This document shows positions 14,912-23,632 of a stretch of DNA of 36,437 nt, in pieces. The notes under the pieces are model-generated. The model did not search any database, was not told the DNA's origin, and saw nothing but the letters and a program-made list of their open reading frames with translations. Both the position numbers and the translations under genes were made by a program. Source of the DNA: Candidatus Woesearchaeota archaeon (GTDB lineage Archaea > Nanobdellota > Nanobdellia > Pacearchaeales > GW2011-AR1); NCBI GenBank assembly GCA_964462045.1, contig CAYWWB010000005.1, forward strand, positions 1 through 36,437. Direction: 5' to 3'. Each line of letters starts with the position of its first letter. The first letter of the stretch is position 1.

Positions 14912-15309
14912 AATCAGTAAATGCAAGGACAACAGCAGGATTAAACTTAGGAGCAAAAGTTTTTGCTATAGATAATAGTGGAGCAAAAATGGTTAAAATA
15001 GTTTCAGTTAAAGGAGGAAAAGGAACAAAAGGTAAACAAGGAAAAGCAAAAGTAGCAGATCAGGTTAAAGTAGCTGTTAAAAAAGGTAAACCTGATGTAA
15101 AGGGAAAAGTTTTTCCTGCGATTGTTTTAAGACAAAAAAGACCCTACAGAAGATTAAATGGGGAAGTGGTTTCATTTGAAGATAATGCAGTAGCATTATT
15201 AAAAGATGAAAAAGGAAATCCTAAAGGAACACAAATTAAAGGAGTAATAGCTAGAGAGGTTCAAGAAAGATGGCCTCAAGTTGCTAAAATAGCTAATATA
15301 GTTTATTAA
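14908..15309 (+). CDS. rpl14: 50S ribosomal protein uL14
   Basis: 133 aa. L14-like sequence and conserved position. Confidence 0.95.
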   Translation: MKSVNARTTAGLNLGAKVFAIDNSGAKMVKIVSVKGGKGTKGKQGKAKVADQVKVAVKKGKPDVKGKVFPAIVLRQKRPYRRLNGEVVSFEDNAVALLKDEKGNPKGTQIKGVIAREVQERWPQVAKIANIVY

Positions 15310-15310
15310 A

Positions 15311-15745
15311 ATGAAGAAAGAATTTAGTAAAAACTGGAAATCAAGTAAGCAGCCAAGAAAACAAAGAAAATATTTAGCTAATGCTCCATTACATTTAAAG
15401 AAAAATTTTGTAAATGCAAATCTTTCAAAAGATTTAAGAAAGAAGCATGATAAAAGAAGTTTACCTATTAGAAAGGATGATGTGGTTCAAGTTATGAGAG
15501 GAAAATTCAAGGGAAAAAAAGGAAAAGTTCTTGAAGTTAAATTAAAAGAATCTAAAATTATTGTTGAAGGAATTCAAGCAACAAAAATAGATGGCTCAAA
15601 AACAAGTATCAAACTACAACCTTCAAACTTACAGATAACAGAATTGAATAAAGAAGATAAAAAAAGATTAAAAAGAAAAAATAGCATACCTAGTGAAGAA
15701 ATAAATAAAAAACAAAAAGAAAATGACACATCTAAAAAGAAATAG
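15311..15745 (+). CDS. rpl24: 50S ribosomal protein uL24
   Basis: 144 aa. KOW motif VMRGKFKGKKGKV. Has a K-rich C-terminal tail. Confidence 0.94.
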   Translation: MKKEFSKNWKSSKQPRKQRKYLANAPLHLKKNFVNANLSKDLRKKHDKRSLPIRKDDVVQVMRGKFKGKKGKVLEVKLKESKIIVEGIQATKIDGSKTSIKLQPSNLQITELNKEDKKRLKRKNSIPSEEINKKQKENDTSKKK

Positions 15746-16373
15746 TTTAACAAGAACTTGGCCAATTTCAAGAAAAGGTTCAAAATTTATAGCCAAGCCT
15801 AAAGCAAATCAAAAGAAAGGTATTCCAATATTATTTGTATTAAGGGATATGTTAAAAATAACTCAAAACAAAAAAGAAGCTAAAAGAGTTTTACATGAAG
15901 AAAAAGTATTACTTAATGCAAGAAAAATCAAAGATGTTAGAAATTCAGTATTATTATTTGATATTATTTCAATTGTTCCTTCAAAAGAATTTTATCAATT
16001 GAGTTTAACAGATAATGGAAAATTTAAATTAGAAAAAATAGATAAAAAGGATTCAAATAAAAAAATAGCAAAAGTTTCAAATAAAAAAATTATAAAGAAA
16101 GGGAAAATACAGATAAATCTTGAAGACGGAAAAAACTTTATTCAAAGTATAAAATGTAATACAGGGGACTCTGTAATAATTGATTTAGAAAAAAGAAAAA
16201 TAGAGAAATGCCTTCCAGTAAAAAAAGGGAATAATGCAATAATTATTGCAGGGAAACATTCTGGAAAAAAAGGAAAAATAGAAGAAATAGATGAAAAACA
16301 CCAAATGATTACAATAAAAACAAAAGAAAATAAATTAAATGTCTTAATGAAACAAATGATGGTAATAGAATAA
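15723..16373 (+). CDS. rps4e: 30S ribosomal protein eS4
   Basis: 216 aa. MTHLKRNSLTRTWPISRKG is the typical S4e N-terminus. Archaea/eukaryote-specific protein. Confidence 0.94.
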   Translation: MTHLKRNSLTRTWPISRKGSKFIAKPKANQKKGIPILFVLRDMLKITQNKKEAKRVLHEEKVLLNARKIKDVRNSVLLFDIISIVPSKEFYQLSLTDNGKFKLEKIDKKDSNKKIAKVSNKKIIKKGKIQINLEDGKNFIQSIKCNTGDSVIIDLEKRKIEKCLPVKKGNNAIIIAGKHSGKKGKIEEIDEKHQMITIKTKENKLNVLMKQMMVIE

Positions 16374-16374
16374 A

Positions 16375-16887
16375 ATGGCTGAAAAAAAACAAAATACTAT
16401 GAGAGAAATAAAAATAGAAAAGGTTGTATTAAGTGTTGGGGGAGTTGGAGCAGAATTAGAAAAAGGAATTAAATTACTTGAAAAACTTTCAGAAGGAAGA
16501 AAACCAGCAAGAATAAAAGCAACAAAAAGGATTCCCTCATTTAATGTACGTCCGGGTTTGGAAGTTGGAACTGTAGTTACAATCAGGAAAAATAAAGAAG
16601 ATATGTTAAAAAAATTATTATCTGCTATAGACAATTCATTAAAAAAATCACAAATAAGTGAAAATAATTTTTCATTTGGAGTAAAAGAATATATTGAAAT
16701 TCCAGGAGTTGAATATGATAGGGATATTGGGATAATTGGTTTAGATGTAACAATAGTATTCAAAAGAGCAGGAAGAAGGGTAAAGTTAAAAAAAGCAAAA
16801 AGAGGGAAAATTCCAAAAAAACAAAAAATCACTAAAGAAGAAATAATTAAATTTATGGAAGATAACTTCCAAACAAAATTTCAATAA
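16375..16887 (+). CDS. rpl5: 50S ribosomal protein uL5
   Basis: 170 aa. L5-like sequence ([24 protein letters not shown]). Confidence 0.95.
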   Translation: MAEKKQNTMREIKIEKVVLSVGGVGAELEKGIKLLEKLSEGRKPARIKATKRIPSFNVRPGLEVGTVVTIRKNKEDMLKKLLSAIDNSLKKSQISENNFSFGVKEYIEIPGVEYDRDIGIIGLDVTIVFKRAGRRVKLKKAKRGKIPKKQKITKEEIIKFMEDNFQTKFQ

Positions 16888-16888
16888 A

Positions 16889-17119
16889 ATGACAGCTAGT
16901 AATCATGAAAAAATTTTAAAACAATTAGAAAGTAAGCCTGCTGTAAAGGCAAAATTTTTGAAGCATTGTAAACCTAAAGAAAGAAAAACAGGGAAAGCTT
17001 CAAAAAGGTGTGAAAGGTGTGAAAGATTTGGCGCCCACATAAGTTCATATGGAATAAATTTATGCCGACATTGTTTCAGAGAAATAGCTGAAGATATCGG
17101 ATTTAAAAAATATAGTTAA
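16889..17119 (+). CDS. rps14: 30S ribosomal protein uS14 (zinc-binding type)
   Basis: 76 aa. CERCER...CRHCFRE four-Cys motif. Conserved position between uL5 and uS8. Confidence 0.92.
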   Translation: MTASNHEKILKQLESKPAVKAKFLKHCKPKERKTGKASKRCERCERFGAHISSYGINLCRHCFREIAEDIGFKKYS

Positions 17120-17120
17120 A

Positions 17121-17501
17121 ATGGCTCAAGATATAGTTGCTGATGCACTAAACATAATGAAGAATGCTAAAAAAGCTGGAAAAGAAGAAGTAGAGATAAA
17201 GATATTTTCAAATATGTTAATTGAAATTCTTAAAATAATGAAACAGCAAGGAGCAATTCAAAAATATAAAATAAATAGTAAAGACAATAAAATAAAAGTT
17301 GTTATTGGAGACATCCAAGAATGTAAATCAATAAAACCAAGGATAAATGTTAAAAAAGAAGATATTGAAAAATATAGAAGAAGATTCCTCCCTTCAAGAA
17401 AATTAGGTACTATGATTGTTTCTACAAATCAAGGGCTTAAAACGCATGAACAAGCTGAAGAAAGTAAAATTGGAGGTTGCTTAATAGCATACTTCTACTA
17501 G
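17121..17501 (+). CDS. rps8: 30S ribosomal protein uS8
   Basis: 126 aa. Starts DIVADALNIMKNA and ends GGCLIAYFY, both typical of S8. Confidence 0.95.
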   Translation: MAQDIVADALNIMKNAKKAGKEEVEIKIFSNMLIEILKIMKQQGAIQKYKINSKDNKIKVVIGDIQECKSIKPRINVKKEDIEKYRRRFLPSRKLGTMIVSTNQGLKTHEQAEESKIGGCLIAYFY

Positions 17502-17512
17502 GAGAAATTAAA

Positions 17513-18055
17513 TTGAAAAAAGAAATATATCAAGAAATAGAAATTCCTGAAGGGGTTGAAGCAAATATAGAAGGAAATACAATATCTATAAAAGGAGAAA
17601 AAGGAGAAAATAAACGAGAATTTGGAATTGGAAAATTAACTTTTGAAATAAAAGATAAAAAAATCTTTCTAGGATATAAAAAAGCAACAAAAAATGAAAA
17701 AAAGAGAATTAATACTATTACTGCCCATATAAACAATATGATAAAGGGAGTTCAAGAAGGATTTGAATATGAATTAAAGGTCTGTTCAGGACACTTTCCA
17801 ATGACTGTTGAGCCTAAAGGAAAAGAAGTAATAATAAAAAATTTTATTGGAGAGAAAAAGGAGAGAAAAGTTGTTGTTCCAGAAGGGGCAGAAGTAGAAG
17901 TTAAAAAAGATGCAATTAAAATAACATCTCCAAACAAAGAAATTGCTGGGCAAGCCGCAGCAAATTTTGAAAATGCTACAAAAATCAGAAATAAAGATAA
18001 TAGAATTTTTCAAGACGGAATTTATATAATTAAAAAAGCAGGCAGGGAATTATAA
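17513..18055 (+). CDS. rpl6: 50S ribosomal protein uL6
   Basis: L6-like repeats (IEIPEGVEA..., VPEGAEVEV). The track start ATG at 17477 overlaps uS8 by 25 nt. An in-frame TTG at 17513, preceded by GGAG at 17501-17504, is a plausible alternative. The start is uncertain. Confidence 0.9.
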   Translation: MKKEIYQEIEIPEGVEANIEGNTISIKGEKGENKREFGIGKLTFEIKDKKIFLGYKKATKNEKKRINTITAHINNMIKGVQEGFEYELKVCSGHFPMTVEPKGKEVIIKNFIGEKKERKVVVPEGAEVEVKKDAIKITSPNKEIAGQAAANFENATKIRNKDNRIFQDGIYIIKKAGREL

Positions 18056-18528
18056 TGAAATTTTTAAGAAAAGATTCACATAAAATGTCTAAATTAGGAA
18101 AAAGAAGAAAAAGTAAACAAGTTTGGAGAAGGCCTAAGGGAAGAGATAATAAGATGAGGGAAAGGAAAAAAGGGCATCCTGCTTCAGTTAGTTTAGGATT
18201 TAGAACTGAAAAAAAAGAAAGGGAAAAAATTCAAGGGAAAAACCCGGTAACAATTTACAAACCTGAAGACTTGAAAAAAATTGGAAAAGAAAATATTGCT
18301 ATTTTAGGAAAAGTTGGGAAAAGAAAAAAAATACAAATACTTGAAAAAGCAAAAAAAGAAAAAATATCTATTAATAATATTAATGAAGAAAAATTATTAA
18401 AAAAACTTCAAAAATCTATTGAAAAAAAGGATAAAAAAGAAACAAAAACTGAAAACAAAAAATCAAATTCAGAAAATGAAAATAAATCACAAGAAAAAAC
18501 TAAAGAAAATAAAACAAATAAAAAATGA
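18055..18528 (+). CDS. rpl32e: 50S ribosomal protein eL32 with K/E-rich C-terminal extension
   Basis: 157 aa. WRRPKGRDNKMRERKKG is the L32e signature region. Confidence 0.92.
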   Translation: MKFLRKDSHKMSKLGKRRKSKQVWRRPKGRDNKMRERKKGHPASVSLGFRTEKKEREKIQGKNPVTIYKPEDLKKIGKENIAILGKVGKRKKIQILEKAKKEKISINNINEEKLLKKLQKSIEKKDKKETKTENKKSNSENENKSQEKTKENKTNKK

Positions 18529-18932
18529 ATCTTCGAAACAAAAAAGAACTAGCTGCAAGAACATTTAAGGTAGGTAAAGATAGAATTTCTTTTGTTGAAT
18601 CAAGAAAAGAAGAAATAAAAGAAGCACTAACTAAACAAGATATGAAGGATTTAAAGAAAGATGGAGCAATTATAATAAAAGAAATAAATGGAAGAAAAAA
18701 AAATATTAAAAAGAAAAAAAGAAGAACTGCAGGAAATATAAGAAAAAAAGTTAACAACAGGAAAAAGGAGTATGCAGTAATAACAAGAAAATTAAGAAAA
18801 TATGTTAAAGAAATATTTAAACAAGATAGGATAAATAAAGAAGAAAAAAAAGAATTAAGAAAAAAAATTAGAAATAGAGATTTTAAAAATCTAGCTCAAT
18901 TAAAAAAACACATTAAGGACATACATAGATAA
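18525..18932 (+). CDS. rpl19e: 50S ribosomal protein eL19
   Basis: 135 aa. MNLRNKKELAARTFKVGKDRI is the typical L19e N-terminus. ATGA overlap with eL32. Confidence 0.93.
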   Translation: MNLRNKKELAARTFKVGKDRISFVESRKEEIKEALTKQDMKDLKKDGAIIIKEINGRKKNIKKKKRRTAGNIRKKVNNRKKEYAVITRKLRKYVKEIFKQDRINKEEKKELRKKIRNRDFKNLAQLKKHIKDIHR

Positions 18933-18933
18933 A

Positions 18934-19422
18934 ATGAAAACACTAAAACGAAGAAGGAAACAAGGAAAAACTGATTATGCAAAAAGAATGAATTTGCTTA
19001 AGAGTGAAAAAAATAGAATTGCATTCAGAAGAACTAATTCCTATTTAATTGCTCAATATATTGAGAGTGAGGAAGCACAAGATAAAATTATTTTAGGTAT
19101 TAATTCTAAAAATCTTTTAGATTATGGATGGCCAAAAGAAGCAAAAGGAAGTTTAAAATCGATTCCAGCAGCATATTTAACAGGTTACTTGGCAGGTAAA
19201 AAAATTCAAGAAAAAAAATTAGAAAAACCTATAATAGATTTTGGGATGATTAGAATAGAACATAAAACAAAAATATTTGGATTCCTTAAAGGAATTATTG
19301 ATTCAGGAATAGAAATAGAGTGTAAAGAAGAAGCATTTCCTGAAGAAGAAAGAATAAAAGGAGCAAGCTTAAAAAATAAAATAGATGTTGAAAAAATTAA
19401 ATCAAACATAGACAAAAAATGA
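18934..19422 (+). CDS. rpl18: 50S ribosomal protein uL18
   Basis: 162 aa. RRRKQGKTDYAKR motif of archaeal L18 / eukaryotic L5. Confidence 0.94.
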   Translation: MKTLKRRRKQGKTDYAKRMNLLKSEKNRIAFRRTNSYLIAQYIESEEAQDKIILGINSKNLLDYGWPKEAKGSLKSIPAAYLTGYLAGKKIQEKKLEKPIIDFGMIRIEHKTKIFGFLKGIIDSGIEIECKEEAFPEEERIKGASLKNKIDVEKIKSNIDKK

Positions 19423-20225
19423 CTGAAGAAAAAGAAAATAAAGAAGAAAAACAAGAAACTGTAGATAAAAAACCAGAAGAAGTTAAGAAAGAAGAAGAAA
19501 AAATAGAAACTCCTGAAGAAAATAAAATTGAAATTTCTGAATCTGGAGAAGGAACTCCTTTAGAAGAAGGAAAAGAAGAAGAGGTTGGAGGATGGGAACC
19601 CAAAACTGAATTAGGAAGAAAAGTTAAAAATGGAGAAATAAAAAATATTGATGAAGTAATTGATAATAATTATAAAATACTTGAACCAGAAATAGTTGAT
19701 TCATTGTTGAATGTTCAAACTGAATTAGTTGCAATGGGACAATCTAAAGGAAAATTTGGTGGAGGGAAAAGAAGGGCTTGGAGGCAAACTCAAAGAAAAA
19801 CCAGAGAAGGAAATGTTCCAAAATTTTCTGCTATGGCGCTTGTAGGAGATGGAGAGGGACATATTGGAATGGGTGTTGGTGAAGCAATGGAAACTCTTCC
19901 TTCAAGAGATAAAGCAATAAGGAAAGCAAAACTAAATATTCAAAGAATTGATAGAACTTGTTCTGCATTTGACTGTTCTTGTACTGAAAAACATACCCTA
20001 CCATTTAAAGTTAAAGGGGATTGCGGAGGAGTGAGAGTAGTATTAATTCCTGCACCTCAAGGAACAGGATTAGTTGTAGCAGATGAATTAAAAAATATCT
20101 TTCAATTAATTGGAATTAAAGATGTTTATAGTAAAACATTTGGTTCAACCAGAACAACATTTAATCTAATCAAAGCCTGTTTAAATGCTTTAGAAAAAAC
20201 TAAAATAAAGGAGAATAAAAAATGA
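19419..20225 (+). CDS. rps5: 30S ribosomal protein uS5 with ~60-aa acidic/K-rich N-terminal extension
   Basis: 268 aa. S5 dsRBD and C-terminal domain (GKRRAWRQTQ..., VVLIPAPQGTGLV). ATGA overlap with uL18. Confidence 0.94.
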   Translation: MTEEKENKEEKQETVDKKPEEVKKEEEKIETPEENKIEISESGEGTPLEEGKEEEVGGWEPKTELGRKVKNGEIKNIDEVIDNNYKILEPEIVDSLLNVQTELVAMGQSKGKFGGGKRRAWRQTQRKTREGNVPKFSAMALVGDGEGHIGMGVGEAMETLPSRDKAIRKAKLNIQRIDRTCSAFDCSCTEKHTLPFKVKGDCGGVRVVLIPAPQGTGLVVADELKNIFQLIGIKDVYSKTFGSTRTTFNLIKACLNALEKTKIKENKK

Positions 20226-20566
20226 GTAATATTGCAGTAATAAGAATTAAAGGACAAGTAGGATTAAAAAAAGATATAATTGAAACTTTTAAAAGATTAA
20301 ATCTTCCAAAAAAATATTCTTGTGTTATTTTAGAAGATAATGAAATTAATAAAGGAATGGTAAACAAAATAAGAAATTTTGTTGCATTTGGAGAAATTAA
20401 TGAAGAAACATTAAAAAAACTCAAAGAAACTCGTGAAAAAAAAGAAAAAAAATTCTTTGGATTACATCCGGCAAGAGGAGGGATTGAAACTAAAAAACAT
20501 TTTCCAAAAGGAGTTTTAGGAAATAATAAAGAAAAAATAAATGAATTAATTGAGAGGATGTTATAA
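20222..20566 (+). CDS. rpl30: 50S ribosomal protein uL30
   Basis: 114 aa. IAVIRIKGQVGLKKDIIETFKRLNL is typical L30. ATGA overlap with uS5. Confidence 0.92.
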   Translation: MSNIAVIRIKGQVGLKKDIIETFKRLNLPKKYSCVILEDNEINKGMVNKIRNFVAFGEINEETLKKLKETREKKEKKFFGLHPARGGIETKKHFPKGVLGNNKEKINELIERML

Positions 20567-20567
20567 A

Positions 20568-21176
20568 ATGGGATTAAAAAAAACACATAAGACAAAAAAA
20601 GCAAAGAAACAAAGAGGAAAAGGAATGGGAACTTATGGTAGAGGAGCAAGAAAAGCAGGAAAAGATAAAGGACATCATGGAGGAATAGGTATGGCAGGAA
20701 GTGGTAAAAGAGCGGACCAGAAAAAAACATTAATAATAAAATTATATGGTAATAATTATTTTGGAAAACAAGGTGTTACAAGTAAGGGAACAAGAAGAAA
20801 AAAGAGAGAAGATATTAGTTTAAGAGAAATAAATGATAAAAAAGAAAAATTAGGAAAAAAGACTCCAAAAGGTTGGGAAATTAATTTAGAAAATAAAAAG
20901 ATTCTTGGAAATGGTGAAGTTAAAGATAAACTAATAATAACTGCAAAAGCTGCTTCAAAACCTGCAATTGAAAAAGTTGAAAAAGCTGGCGGAAAGATTA
21001 TTCTTCCAAAGAAAAAAGAAAAAGCTGGCGGAAAAAAAGAAGAAGCTTCTGAAGATAAAAGTAAAGAACCTGTAGAGAAAAAAGGAAAAGAAAAAAGTTC
21101 TAGAAAAAAGGAAAAATCTAAAGATAAAGAATCTAAGGAAAAGGGTTCTGGAAAAAAAGAGAAGAAAAAAGAATAA
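20568..21176 (+). CDS. rpl15: 50S ribosomal protein uL15 with K/E-rich C-terminal tail
   Basis: The track ORF starts at 20550 inside uL30. The ATG at 20568, 1 nt after the uL30 stop, gives MGLKKTHKTKK... L15 Gly-rich region: GRGARKAGKDKGHHGGIGMAGSGKR. Confidence 0.93.
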   Translation: MGLKKTHKTKKAKKQRGKGMGTYGRGARKAGKDKGHHGGIGMAGSGKRADQKKTLIIKLYGNNYFGKQGVTSKGTRRKKREDISLREINDKKEKLGKKTPKGWEINLENKKILGNGEVKDKLIITAKAASKPAIEKVEKAGGKIILPKKKEKAGGKKEEASEDKSKEPVEKKGKEKSSRKKEKSKDKESKEKGSGKKEKKKE

Positions 21177-21184
21177 ATTTTTTG

Positions 21185-21202
21185 GTATGACTGCAGTCAT
21201 AC
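21185..21202. terminator. Perfect 18-bp palindrome between convergent genes (candidate bidirectional terminator)
   Basis: gtatgactg|cagtcatac, flanked by a T-run on the left (aattttttgg) and T-runs on the right (ttattttttatttc). It lies between the uL15 stop and the stop of the minus-strand hypothetical gene. Confidence 0.5.
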
Positions 21203-21216
21203 TGGGTATTACTTAA

Positions 21217-21549
21217 TTATTTTTTATTTCTGTAGATGAATTCTGTTGAGTCTATTACATAATCTTTGTTTTTGTCTAATTCGTGGAATTGTTTTCTGTA
21301 AAAATTTTGTTGATGGGGGGTTTTTTCTAATTTTTGTTCTCTTTGAAATTCCCTTACATTTTCTTTCCATTTCCAAGGATTAAAACCATGATTTAAAGCC
21401 ATAACAAAATAACCTATAACTATTGTACTTCCAATCATTGTAGAAACAAAATTATTTGCTCCTTGTTTTGATGAGAATCTTTTATTGTATTTTGGATTAC
21501 AACTTAAGAAAGGAACATATTGTAATGTTTCCAGTTTTTGTTTTTTCAT
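21217..21549 (-). CDS. Hypothetical single-TM protein with C-terminal EF-hand-like loop (third gene of a 3-gene operon)
   Basis: 110 aa from the ATG at 21549, 1 nt after the upstream stop; the track start 21576 overlaps the upstream gene. TM segment FVSTMIGSTIVIGYFVMAL. Loop DKNKDYVIDSTE at 21241-21276. Confidence 0.6.
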   Translation of the reverse strand: MKKQKLETLQYVPFLSCNPKYNKRFSSKQGANNFVSTMIGSTIVIGYFVMALNHGFNPWKWKENVREFQREQKLEKTPHQQNFYRKQFHELDKNKDYVIDSTEFIYRNKK

Positions 21550-21550
21550 T

Positions 21551-22174
21551 TTACTTTTTCTCCTTGTTTTGTTCAATAGTCTTATTTACAAAATAATCTT
21601 TATAGTGATGTTCAATAAATGAATCTGCATTCTCGCATGCATTATATAATGTTTTAAATTCGTCAAAGCCATTGTCTCTTGGGAATAAAGGGGGTTTAAT
21701 AAGAGTACGATAACCTAAAAAACCAGCCCCTATTGTCAGAGGGATTCCAATAGAAGGGTTTTTTAAAGAATAAATTGCTCCTGCTCCAGTACCAACCATA
21801 CATCCTAAATGAAGGAGGGTTCCAGCAAGTCTACCAGGCCAAGATTTTTTAAATGATTTATAGCCCCCTCTAACAGAATTATATTTTAATTGGTCTTTGT
21901 CTAAATCTCTTTCCAAATAAGAAAAAGGATTAACTATATTTATGAGTTCTAAAGGAGTTTCATTGAAATTTTCTTTGCCTTGTTTTTCAAAATAATAATT
22001 TTTATAGGGGCCCAACCTAGTAAAATGAGTTTCAACATTTTTTACATCATAAAAATCCCTGCATTCGTTTGTAAATTTATTTGTTCCTAAAAGAGCCTCT
22101 TGAACTAGAGGAGAATTTTCATATTTTTCAATGTGATTTATGTGTTTTTGGATTTTTGATTCTTTGTCTTTCAT
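21551..22174 (-). CDS. Hypothetical protein with Gly-rich two-TM hairpin (second gene of the operon)
   Basis: 207 aa from the ATG at 22174 (MKDKESK), 1 nt after the upstream stop. Gly-zipper-like hydrophobic stretch LAGTLLHLGCMVGTGAGAIYS...IGIPLTIGAGFLGY. No family recognised. Confidence 0.6.
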   Translation of the reverse strand: MKDKESKIQKHINHIEKYENSPLVQEALLGTNKFTNECRDFYDVKNVETHFTRLGPYKNYYFEKQGKENFNETPLELINIVNPFSYLERDLDKDQLKYNSVRGGYKSFKKSWPGRLAGTLLHLGCMVGTGAGAIYSLKNPSIGIPLTIGAGFLGYRTLIKPPLFPRDNGFDEFKTLYNACENADSFIEHHYKDYFVNKTIEQNKEKK

Positions 22175-22175
22175 T

Positions 22176-22538
22176 TTATTTTTTCTCCTTGTAGAATTTA
22201 GATTTTTGATATGCTTCCCGATATCTTGTTTTTTCTTTTTCTGTTGCTTGTTGAATTGATACAAAACCATTTATAGGAAATTTCACTCCGACATAATCCA
22301 ATTCTCCATTTCCCAAAATATCTAACCCGGAAGATCCAAAAAGAAGATTATATTTAATATCTCCTTTGTTAATATTTACACTCTTATAATTAAAAGAGCA
22401 ACTTTCAGGAGAATCATCTCCAAATCTTTTTGAAGTTTCTCCTACATATTTTGTTAATAAAATAGGGAGTCCTCTAGAGAAGATTATTTGCCTTTCAGTT
22501 TCCTTCTCTAATTTTGATTTTTTATTTGCCATTTTCAT
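22176..22538 (-). CDS. Hypothetical small soluble protein (first gene of the operon)
   Basis: 120-aa ORF with normal composition. Divergent from the Lrp-type regulator across a 98-bp spacer. No family recognised. Confidence 0.55.
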   Translation of the reverse strand: MKMANKKSKLEKETERQIIFSRGLPILLTKYVGETSKRFGDDSPESCSFNYKSVNINKGDIKYNLLFGSSGLDILGNGELDYVGVKFPINGFVSIQQATEKEKTRYREAYQKSKFYKEKK

Positions 22539-22636
22539 TACTTTATAATAATTACTAATTTAGATTATATAAAACCTTTTTCTATATTTTTTACATAATC
22601 GCAATATTTATATAAGATATTTTCATTAATGTTAAT

Positions 22637-23593
22637 ATGAATAAAAAAGATGAAAAAATACTCAGGGAGCTTATCTTAAACTCTAGAATTCCTTTAAATC
22701 AACTTGCTAAGAAAGTTGGAGTTTCTCGGGAGGTTGCTACGTATAGATTAAATAATTTAATTAAAGAAAAATTAATCTTGGGTTTTTATACAATAATTGA
22801 TGTTGAGGCATTGGGTTTTGAAAGATATGCTTGTTTCTTTGAATTAAAAGGGGTTTCACATAAACAAGAAAAAGAATTTATGGATTATCTTAAGAAAAAT
22901 GAATTTGTAACTTATATGGGCCCTGTTATTGGAAGATGGAACATAATCTTTGATATCTATGCAAGAGATAAAAAACATCTACAAAAAATTCTTAATGAAA
23001 TTGTAGATAAAATTGAAAAGAATTTAGAAACATATTCGGTTGTTCCAATGGGAAATTCATTAGAAAGTTTTCCAATTAAAATTTTTAGCTCTAAACAAGA
23101 GGCAAAATATAAAGAATCTAAAAAAATTAGTTTGGATAAAAAAGATTTGAAAATTTTAAAATTACTTTCAAATAATTCAAGAATAGAATACAAAGAGATT
23201 TCTGAAAAATTAAATTTAAGTGCAAATGCTATTAAATATAGAATTAAAAATTTAGAAAATTCTGGAATTATTAAGGGTTATACTATTTCAGTAGATAAGA
23301 AAAAATTAGGTTTTGAATTTTATAATTTACAATTGAAAATAAAGGAATACAAAAGAGAACAGGCATTGAAAAATTTTGTGAGAAATAACAAACATTCAAT
23401 TTATTTGTATAAATATACTGGAAATGAAAATTGGGATTTAGATATTGGTTTAATTGTTAAAAACTCTGAAGAATTAAGGAATTTTATTTTAGAATTAAGA
23501 GAAGAATTTGGAGATATAATTAAGATTCATGATTTGTATGTCGTGGTTGAAGAAACAAAGGGAGATTATGCACCTGAAGGGGTTTTTCAATAA
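22637..23593 (+). CDS. Lrp/AsnC-family transcription regulator, tandem (two HTH + two RAM-like domains in one chain)
   Basis: 318 aa. Residues ~5-60 (DEKILRELILNSRIPLNQLAKKVGVSREVATYRLNNL) and ~165-220 (DKKDLKILKLLSNNSRIEYKEISEKLNLSANAIKYRIKNL) are both AsnC-type HTHs. Each is followed by a beta-alpha-beta effector-like domain. Confidence 0.8.
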   Translation: MNKKDEKILRELILNSRIPLNQLAKKVGVSREVATYRLNNLIKEKLILGFYTIIDVEALGFERYACFFELKGVSHKQEKEFMDYLKKNEFVTYMGPVIGRWNIIFDIYARDKKHLQKILNEIVDKIEKNLETYSVVPMGNSLESFPIKIFSSKQEAKYKESKKISLDKKDLKILKLLSNNSRIEYKEISEKLNLSANAIKYRIKNLENSGIIKGYTISVDKKKLGFEFYNLQLKIKEYKREQALKNFVRNNKHSIYLYKYTGNENWDLDIGLIVKNSEELRNFILELREEFGDIIKIHDLYVVVEETKGDYAPEGVFQ

Positions 23594-23632
23594 TTTTATA
23601 AGCACAAAATATCTTATATTTTAGAGGTGAAA

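Noticed and set aside
16344-16832. 162-aa minus-strand ORF antisense to uL5. Similar antisense or out-of-frame track ORFs include 1746-1946, 2731-2949, 3321-3569, 3850-4047, 4561-4782, 6041-6472, 6644-6919, 9064-9273, 9380-9649, 10474-10776, 12078-12368, 15574-15783, 17530-18013, 18500-18757, 19206-19603, 20200-20730, 20955-21200, 22957-23193, 29320-29607, 29870-30100, 31305-31517 and 33163-33423.
   Set aside because: All lie inside confidently identified genes on the other strand or in another frame. Their translations are Phe/Leu/Ile/Ser-rich low-complexity strings, the mirror image of K/E/N-rich coding sequence in AT-rich DNA. None has start-site context or a recognisable family.
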